Source of the DNA: Candidatus Collierbacteria bacterium GW2011_GWB1_44_6
GTDB taxonomy: Bacteria > Patescibacteriota > Microgenomatia > UBA1400 > MFAQ01
NCBI GenBank assembly: GCA_000998025.1
Contig: LCJG01000002.1
Location: 891 to 64,890 of the forward strand
Length of the DNA: 64,000 bases
Direction of reading: 5' to 3'
A program made the translations under genes and the position numbers. The notes beneath the pieces were generated by a model. That model made no database searches. It saw only the letters and a program-made list of their open reading frames with translations, and was not told the origin of the DNA. This document shows, one piece after another, positions 57,799 through 64,000 of the stretch; positions within the stretch are counted from its first letter, which is position 1; every line of letters begins with the position of its first letter.

Positions 57799-59200
57799 AC
57801 GGATAGCTTTACCTGTATTGGCCGTTATCTTGATTATGGCTCTGGGCTATAAACTGAGACTTTCGGGATTCAATAGCATCCCCTTCCCCGGTGAATCACT
57901 GGATGAATATAGCAACGCCTGGGTGGGGCTAAGTATGATCCGGCTCGGGGTGCCGGTGGGGATGTCAGGACTTCCGGGGTACCCTGTCCAAGATAGTCGA
58001 TATATTAATGTTGACAGAGTTTTCCAAACAACAGCAAACGGCAATACCATGCAGATGAGTTACCCTTGGTTTGACCACCCTCCAATGATGGGACTAATAA
58101 CCGGTGGCTTTAGCTACTTCAAGGGGGCGAGAGTGTTCGAAGACACGACTGCCGTGACAATCAGAAAACCGGTGATTTTGATGTCGACCCTCACCATTGG
58201 ACTTGCTGCTTATTTAGCGTATCTACTTTTTGGTTGGGAAACGGCGATCGCTGCTGCCACGATAATCGCCACTTCTCCCCTGATGGTAATAAATAGCCGC
58301 ATGGTACAAGCGGAGAATGGCTTAACCCCTTTGTTTTTGCTGTCTTTGATCTTACTCTGGTGGTATGAGAAAAAAGGAGGTTACACTTTTCTCACACTGC
58401 TCTCGATGACAATAGGTCTGGCAATGCTTTTTAAGCTTTCGGCTGTCGCCCTACTCTTCTGTGCTCTGGCACTTATTTTTGCCAATGTCAAGAAAAATTC
58501 TGCGACCAGATGGCAGGAGGGCTTGATAGTTTCGGTAATTGCCTTATCCGTCTTCGGAATATTTGTAATATCGGCTTTAGCTTGGGACTTCTCCACCTTC
58601 GTTAAAGTATTTTTGGCAAATTCTGGTAGAGCATACGGCATCGGGCTAAGTGCTCTTTTTGATCTGATTACCAATACGAAAATTACAGCGGTAAAATTCC
58701 TGACTGATGGCTGGCCTCTCACAGGATGGCTGGGACTTGCCATATTGACCAGGATGGATCTGAGGAACAAGGCTTGGTATCTTTGGCTACCGATCTTCTC
58801 GTATTTGGCCGTTTATTTGTTCTTTGGCAGTGAGCCTTTTGGCTGGTACCGGATTCCATTTTTGCCGTTTTTACTAATCGTCTCGGGATGGCTGACCACC
58901 GCCTTTATACGGAATATGCATCTTACAGCAGTCTCGGTCGTGACCCTTCTGATTCCACTCGGTATCAATCTGGAAAAATATTTTGACGTACACAAATTGA
59001 TTTGGCTTATTCCGGCGTGGAGGCTCAGCTGCTTGGCCTTAATCATAGGTGCTTTATCCCTACTTATGACCGACCAAGCAAATCCGAAAGTAAAATGGGC
59101 TGTCTACGCAACCATGTTTGTTCTTTTTTCTCTGGTCATATATTCGAATATACTTCGTGCAGGTATGTTTACCGTGGACTACTGGTATAAAGTAAACTAG
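57785..59200 (+). CDS. GT-C membrane glycosyltransferase (ArnT/PMT-like)
   Basis: MKLFKRIALPVLAVILIMALGYKLRLSGFNSIPFPGESLDEYSNAWVGLSMIRLG... has the family N-terminus with the DE motif. I prefer the ATG at 57785 over the upstream alternative start codon at 57710. Confidence 0.55.
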   Translation: MKLFKRIALPVLAVILIMALGYKLRLSGFNSIPFPGESLDEYSNAWVGLSMIRLGVPVGMSGLPGYPVQDSRYINVDRVFQTTANGNTMQMSYPWFDHPPMMGLITGGFSYFKGARVFEDTTAVTIRKPVILMSTLTIGLAAYLAYLLFGWETAIAAATIIATSPLMVINSRMVQAENGLTPLFLLSLILLWWYEKKGGYTFLTLLSMTIGLAMLFKLSAVALLFCALALIFANVKKNSATRWQEGLIVSVIALSVFGIFVISALAWDFSTFVKVFLANSGRAYGIGLSALFDLITNTKITAVKFLTDGWPLTGWLGLAILTRMDLRNKAWYLWLPIFSYLAVYLFFGSEPFGWYRIPFLPFLLIVSGWLTTAFIRNMHLTAVSVVTLLIPLGINLEKYFDVHKLIWLIPAWRLSCLALIIGALSLLMTDQANPKVKWAVYATMFVLFSLVIYSNILRAGMFTVDYWYKVN

Positions 59201-60858
59201 TTTTTCGGAGGTAAAGTACCCGACATCAGGTAGAACAGGGGCTGGCCAAAAATGTTTTTTTGAGAAGCGAGAACAGTCGTGTTGTCCAGCGGATTTTTGC
59301 TCCAGTCCCAATCGCCTTGGCCTTCTCTACCCTGCACTGCCAGATAAACCATTCGGTCATTCATCAATAGTTTTAGTTCATCCAAATTGGGAGCTTCCCC
59401 AAAAAAGTATTTTTGGTCAAAGACAAATCCATGGAAAGAATTGGTTTGATAAGTGTCGACTTTGTCGGTTACAAAGTTTTTTTGAAAATCTTGTGGGGGG
59501 TACTGAGTATAGAAAAGAAAGAGCAGCAAAGAAGGTTGGTAAGTATTGTTGATATAGACTTTGTCGAAATTTGGTGCCAGTGCCTTTAGATCGGTAAAGA
59601 TATTTTTGAAACCATAGTGCCACAGTGACGCTGACTCATATTTGTAATGAGAAGAATAACGATGCCAGAAGCTAGTGAAAAAAAGTCCCAGAAAAACAAT
59701 AAACAGAATAATTGTTGGTCGGATAAATTTTTTACCAAATAGACTAAATAGATAGGTACCCCCTAGGGCGGAAATTAAGATAAGTGGAGGGACCATGAGG
59801 AAGAGTCTGGTGGCATGGGTGCCTCCGCCTGTGGTGAGACAGCTTGGGATGGGAGAAAGTAATAACCAGAAAAGGAGTAGTTTTGAGTTTTTCTGTGAAA
59901 AATTCTTGAAAATAAAATAGAGTCCGGCAAGGAACAGGGGCAGTGTGGGCAACAGTAGCTCCCCTACTTTGGAGATGGAGTGGCGGAAAAATGGGTCTCC
60001 GTTCACAAATAAGAATTGGGGTGAAAATGAGGTCAAGTAATTATCAAAAAATGCGGTCGCTATGGCCAAATATTTGTTGTGAAACAACACCTCAAAGAAA
60101 GTCTTTTGGACCCATGGATCAGTTCTTTGAAGAATAACAGATTCAATAAGCTTGAGGTCGCTAAAGATGCTTATCAAACCAAACCTGCCACCAGCCTGGC
60201 CGAAGAAAATATTGTAAACAATAGGGAGAGCGAGAAGTGAAGGCAAAAAGAGACGAGGCCAGTTTTTCCCGAGGGATAATTTTGGCCTTTCGATAAGGAG
60301 AAGGGCGAGAACAAATAACGGTGTAAAGACTACCGCGGTTGAGTAAGCATAAAAAGTGAGAAAGAAAGGGATGAGGCTGGCGAAATATTTGCCTTTTAAA
60401 AAAAGATACGTGCCCAGCATGGTAAGAAAAGTCAAAGGAACTACCTCGAAGGCAGCCCGGGAAAAGTGAATGTGCCAAGGAGTGATGGCCAGAAGTAAAG
60501 TGGATATCAGGGCGGTCGTTTTGTTCTTGAACAGAGTATTCCCCAGTAGATATATCAAGTAGATACTGAGTGAGCCGATGAGAGCAACCGGCAGCCGGAT
60601 AGCCAGGTCGGTGGTGCCAAACAGACCGACGAAAGGAGCGGTGAGATACATGAGTAGTGGCGCGCGCCACTCAGCCAGGCTTTGGATATAAGTAGGTAGA
60701 AGGTGCCCCATGTAGTCCCGTCCAGTGGATATAAGTGACCAGGCTTGGTAACCAACATCAATTTCGTCCCCAAAGAGGGCAATCGGCAAAGAAGTTAGCT
60801 GAGTAAACCGGAAGAAAGTGCCTAGAGCTATGATGAGGACGAGAAATACTTCGATCAT
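59197..60858 (-). CDS. GT39/PMT_2-family glycosyltransferase paralog
   Basis: FFRFTQLTSLPIALFGDEIDVGYQAWSLISTGRDYMG...AIRLPVALIG. Confidence 0.8.
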   Translation of the reverse strand: MIEVFLVLIIALGTFFRFTQLTSLPIALFGDEIDVGYQAWSLISTGRDYMGHLLPTYIQSLAEWRAPLLMYLTAPFVGLFGTTDLAIRLPVALIGSLSIYLIYLLGNTLFKNKTTALISTLLLAITPWHIHFSRAAFEVVPLTFLTMLGTYLFLKGKYFASLIPFFLTFYAYSTAVVFTPLFVLALLLIERPKLSLGKNWPRLFLPSLLALPIVYNIFFGQAGGRFGLISIFSDLKLIESVILQRTDPWVQKTFFEVLFHNKYLAIATAFFDNYLTSFSPQFLFVNGDPFFRHSISKVGELLLPTLPLFLAGLYFIFKNFSQKNSKLLLFWLLLSPIPSCLTTGGGTHATRLFLMVPPLILISALGGTYLFSLFGKKFIRPTIILFIVFLGLFFTSFWHRYSSHYKYESASLWHYGFKNIFTDLKALAPNFDKVYINNTYQPSLLLFLFYTQYPPQDFQKNFVTDKVDTYQTNSFHGFVFDQKYFFGEAPNLDELKLLMNDRMVYLAVQGREGQGDWDWSKNPLDNTTVLASQKNIFGQPLFYLMSGTLPPKN

Positions 60859-62354
60859 AGATCAATTATATTCTCCTCTTCATTCAGGAAAAAATAATAA
60901 CCGTGAATTGAATTGCCGATGGTTTTCATTTTGGGTTGGTGCTCCAACTTGGCCATGAGGATACTGCCAACCGGAAGAGAGTCTCCCGGCTGCCACCGCA
61001 GTATGACTTGATCAAAATAAGCTGCTTCCAAAAAATTACCGGTTTCCCCGTCTGCCTTTCTGGAACTGACTTCGATGTATGGGGTCAATGAATTTTTTGC
61101 TGACACTTGAGAGAGGTACTTGTAAGCATCTTCCACGGAGTTGGCAGGTAAAAAGTGTTCCGAAACAAATTTGGGATAGGTATACCAGTAGTAGTTGACA
61201 AAATCAAAATAATTAATGGCAAACATAATAATCGTAGATACAATTAGTACACCATGGAGGAGCTTATTCCTTATTTCCCAGAGTGAAAGGAGACCTAGGG
61301 TAGTGATGGCTACGAAGGGCGGAATAAATGCCATTAGACGGGAGGCGCGATGAACACTGTTTACAAAACCAAAAAGTAAAGGTGTTGCCAGAAAAACGGC
61401 AATGAAAAATGTCCAAAAGCCTCTTTTTTGGACGGCTCGATATAATCCAATGAGAAAAAAAGGTAAGGTTGAAAGCAATAGCATGCCGTGGACACCAGTG
61501 GAGTGATAGACGGTCTCGTCTCCTCTGATAAACAAGAAGGAAGGATCAAAACTAGAGAGATATGGATAGAGAAAATCGTAAACCGAGGTCCACTTAAAAC
61601 CCTGGGAATTAAAAACAGCCCCGGGATATTTTTGTTCTAATAAAGGAATTATGGCAAAAAAGGGTAGTACTCCTAGACAAAAGAAAAGCGTTCTTTTGAA
61701 GAATATCTGAAGGTCTTTTTTGGTATACCGGCCGTGAAGTCCGCGGAACAAGTAGACAGTTGTCAATAGACACCAAATCGGAACTGTCGCTCTCATGGCT
61801 TTGTAGGTGTAGAAATTTATTCCCAAGGAGATGCCAGCCAGGACCAAGTACTTGAGACTCTTGGTCTTGGAGAAGTACCAGAGAAATATCAGCCAGAGTA
61901 GAGTGAAAGGTACCGGAAAAATATTGTCGAGGGCCATATGAGTCTGGATCATGACGAGAGGAGTGGTTAAGAAGACTAAAGAGCCAATAAGACCAGCTTT
62001 TTTGTCCAAGACTTTTGATAACCAAAAATACGTTAAATAGGCACTTGTCAGTAAAACTGCTACTGTGGAAAGTCGAAGCGAGAGAAGTGAAGGACTGAAG
62101 AGTTTGAAGATAGCAGTGAGATAGTACTGGGAGACAGGCTGTCTCCAATCCCCACCATTTATGGAGAGGACAAAAACCGGCATGAAACGGCCATTCTGAT
62201 CATGGGCAGTTTCTGCCAGCAGGACAGCGTTGTAGCCAAAGGCGGCTTCATCAACCGTAATGCCAGGAGGGGTTTCCAAAATCCTGTAGGAAAAGAATAG
62301 GCCGGTGATAAATAGAGCCAAGACAACTAAAATTACGGAAAGGTATTTATTCAT
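60855..62354 (-). CDS. GT39/PMT_2-family glycosyltransferase paralog (divergent)
   Basis: YRILETPPGITVDEAAFGYNAVLLAETAHDQNGRF...SLRLSTVAVL. Confidence 0.7.
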   Translation of the reverse strand: MNKYLSVILVVLALFITGLFFSYRILETPPGITVDEAAFGYNAVLLAETAHDQNGRFMPVFVLSINGGDWRQPVSQYYLTAIFKLFSPSLLSLRLSTVAVLLTSAYLTYFWLSKVLDKKAGLIGSLVFLTTPLVMIQTHMALDNIFPVPFTLLWLIFLWYFSKTKSLKYLVLAGISLGINFYTYKAMRATVPIWCLLTTVYLFRGLHGRYTKKDLQIFFKRTLFFCLGVLPFFAIIPLLEQKYPGAVFNSQGFKWTSVYDFLYPYLSSFDPSFLFIRGDETVYHSTGVHGMLLLSTLPFFLIGLYRAVQKRGFWTFFIAVFLATPLLFGFVNSVHRASRLMAFIPPFVAITTLGLLSLWEIRNKLLHGVLIVSTIIMFAINYFDFVNYYWYTYPKFVSEHFLPANSVEDAYKYLSQVSAKNSLTPYIEVSSRKADGETGNFLEAAYFDQVILRWQPGDSLPVGSILMAKLEHQPKMKTIGNSIHGYYFFLNEEENIIDL

Positions 62355-63494
62355 TTAAATAAAGGGGATTTTTAATGTAAGAAACAGATTTAGAAAGTGA
62401 TAAGTGCTTAGGGTAAAGTAACTGAGCCACCAATAAGGATTGGCGGAAAAAGACAAAAGCCCAAAGACCAGAGCAGGTGCGAGATGTCTCTCGTGCACGC
62501 GAGTCTGGAGAAAGAAAACAGCTAGAGACCATAAGAAGAGAGCCATGAAGAAATTTTTCTTTGAATACTTATTCCTCAGATAAATTAAAGTAATTAAAAG
62601 AATTGTAATTAGCAGAGCGATTGAGATTTGCCGGATGGTAAATATCCCTAGCCTGACAGAATCGGAAGTGGGTGTCGGATAGAAAAACCACCAGAAGTTG
62701 TAAGCGGCGTCCGAGACATAATCGGACGAACCCGACAAAGTAGAGAGATAGTTGGCCGCCGCAGACAAAGGATTTAAACCGAAAGGTAAATAACTAAATA
62801 CAAAAAGAGTCAAACTTGAAATAATTCCCTCAAGCCAGTCTTTGGGATTCAATTCTTTGTACCAGAGAAATATATAAAAAGGAGTGAACCACAAAGCGGT
62901 CTGTTTGGTGAGAGCAGCGAAGGCAAAAAAGAAGATTGAAAGATAGAAATGTTTCCTCTGAGCAAAATACGCGCAATATAGGGAAACGATTAAGAAGAAG
63001 GTGGTAAGAGACTCTATCTGCCCCCAGACCGAGCTGACATAGAGAATGGCCGGATTAAAGAGAAACAAGATGGTTATTAGAAGAGGTTTCCGATATTTGA
63101 GTTTTTGAAATATCTTCAAAAGAAAGATACCTATTCCCAAATCGGCAAAAATTGCGGGCAGTTTCATGAAACCCAGCTGCATGTTTTCATGTTCAAAAAG
63201 TGGGACAAAAAATGAGGGGAAGACAGGAAGCAAATGGTTGAGGTAGGAAAATAAAGAAGTAACGCTTAGATAAATAAAGCGAGAAATGGCGAAAAAATAG
63301 ATCGTTAATGAGGGATAATTAGCATCGTTGAAACCCGGAAAGTGCCGGGAATAAAAACCAACAGGGTACTGTAAAAAACTATTGGCCCAAACTAAATGGT
63401 TTTTGACATCACCGGAGTACTGTGGAAAAAGAAATATCAGTCTTAGAAGCAAGGCGGCAAAGAATATAAAGAATACAGGCTTAAGCTTTTTCAT
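62355..63494 (-). CDS. polytopic membrane protein, GT-C-like
   Basis: LLLRLIFLFPQYSGDVKNHLVWANSF... Multi-TM, 379 aa. Confidence 0.4.
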   Translation of the reverse strand: MKKLKPVFFIFFAALLLRLIFLFPQYSGDVKNHLVWANSFLQYPVGFYSRHFPGFNDANYPSLTIYFFAISRFIYLSVTSLFSYLNHLLPVFPSFFVPLFEHENMQLGFMKLPAIFADLGIGIFLLKIFQKLKYRKPLLITILFLFNPAILYVSSVWGQIESLTTFFLIVSLYCAYFAQRKHFYLSIFFFAFAALTKQTALWFTPFYIFLWYKELNPKDWLEGIISSLTLFVFSYLPFGLNPLSAAANYLSTLSGSSDYVSDAAYNFWWFFYPTPTSDSVRLGIFTIRQISIALLITILLITLIYLRNKYSKKNFFMALFLWSLAVFFLQTRVHERHLAPALVFGLLSFSANPYWWLSYFTLSTYHFLNLFLTLKIPFI

Positions 63495-64000
63495 GATCGC
63501 TCACGAACCTGATAAAACAAGCTATTAGACCGGCGCGAGACAGCTGAACAAGCTCTTTGAAGTAAGCCGAGGAAATAAGAGGGGGTGACAAAGAGAGTTT
63601 TGAGTGAGTGAATATTTGCATATGGAGAGTGGCGTCAAATGAAAAGAGAACTCCAAACCAAGAAGCGATGATGGCTAGGTATATAAGAGGGTCCGACTTT
63701 TCAATAGAATAAATAACCAACCAGGGCATAACCCAGACTAGCCATTGTGGATGAAAGTGGGAAAAAACAAGGGAAGAAAGCAAGGCTGTCCCGACAGCTT
63801 GAAAGAACGTAAACCGCCTTTGCCAGAGTAAAAGAACTATGAGGGTGTAAGCAATGAAGAAATAAGGGATGTCGTGGCCTGAGGCAATAGAGAATAGGCG
63901 ATGGAACCAAGGTAAGGTAAAACCCCCAGAAGATAGACACCAAGACCTGTTAGTGTCAGCAATAGAGACTCAGTAATTTTTTTGTTTGTAACAAAGTTGT
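63481..64000 (-). CDS. C-terminal part of a further membrane protein gene that runs off the window end; apparent frame break between the two ORF-track fragments
   Basis: Two overlapping hydrophobic minus-strand ORFs (63481-63783 and 63701-63943) lie in different frames, directly upstream of the preceding gene. They look like one membrane-protein gene that is truncated or frameshifted. Confidence 0.3.

Noticed and set aside
1-64000. CRISPR arrays, tRNA/rRNA genes, integrases/transposases
   Set aside because: I found no regularly spaced direct repeats with unique spacers and no cloverleaf-compatible conserved tRNA boxes in the short intergenic regions. I found no DDE/tyrosine-recombinase-like ORFs. 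The only repeats are the palindromic elements and the fic-upstream direct repeats reported above.

Overview
The window is AT-rich (about 40% GC) with tightly packed genes, mostly on the minus strand, and many 4-bp ATGA-type start/stop overlaps. This fits a small-genome, CPR/Patescibacteria-like bacterium, but that is inference. Almost the whole 64 kb is one large cell-surface/protein glycosylation island. It contains at least 10 GT-C ArnT/PMT-like (GT39/GT83-type) membrane glycosyltransferase paralogs, including a tandem array of four. It also contains two polyprenyl-phosphate sugar synthases (a DPM1-like soluble GT2 and a GtrB/ArnC-like GT2 with two C-terminal TM helices), several GT2 and GT4 transferases, two Wzx-like flippases and an O-antigen-ligase/polymerase-like protein. 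A GDP-D-rhamnose module (gmd plus an Rmd-like reductase and a second SDR) is present. At least seven small SAM methyltransferases, two hexapeptide acetyltransferases, and a trio of B12-binding radical SAM enzyme, small ferredoxin and zinc-ribbon C-methyltransferase-family enzyme are also present. Non-glycosylation genes are embedded in the island. These are a wHTH-ComF-like phosphoribosyltransferase fusion with a 25-bp palindromic operator-like site, a DinD/Bro-N-like protein, a Fic (HPFxDGNGR) protein with a co-transcribed polytopic membrane protein, a HigB/HigA-like toxin-antitoxin pair, and a 608-aa orphan protein with no recognisable domain. The most unusual sequence-level observation is a family of short palindromic elements ((G)GAT(T/C)CCCG...CGGG(A/G)ATGACA). 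They sit in frame inside two GT39 genes and the radical SAM gene, with one more intergenic copy. They encode related peptide insertions such as VIPA... and LSSSR..RDLTP, reminiscent of Rickettsia palindromic elements. No rRNA, tRNA, CRISPR array, integrase or transposase was recognised. Fine coordinates of small motifs are approximate, within about 2 nt.
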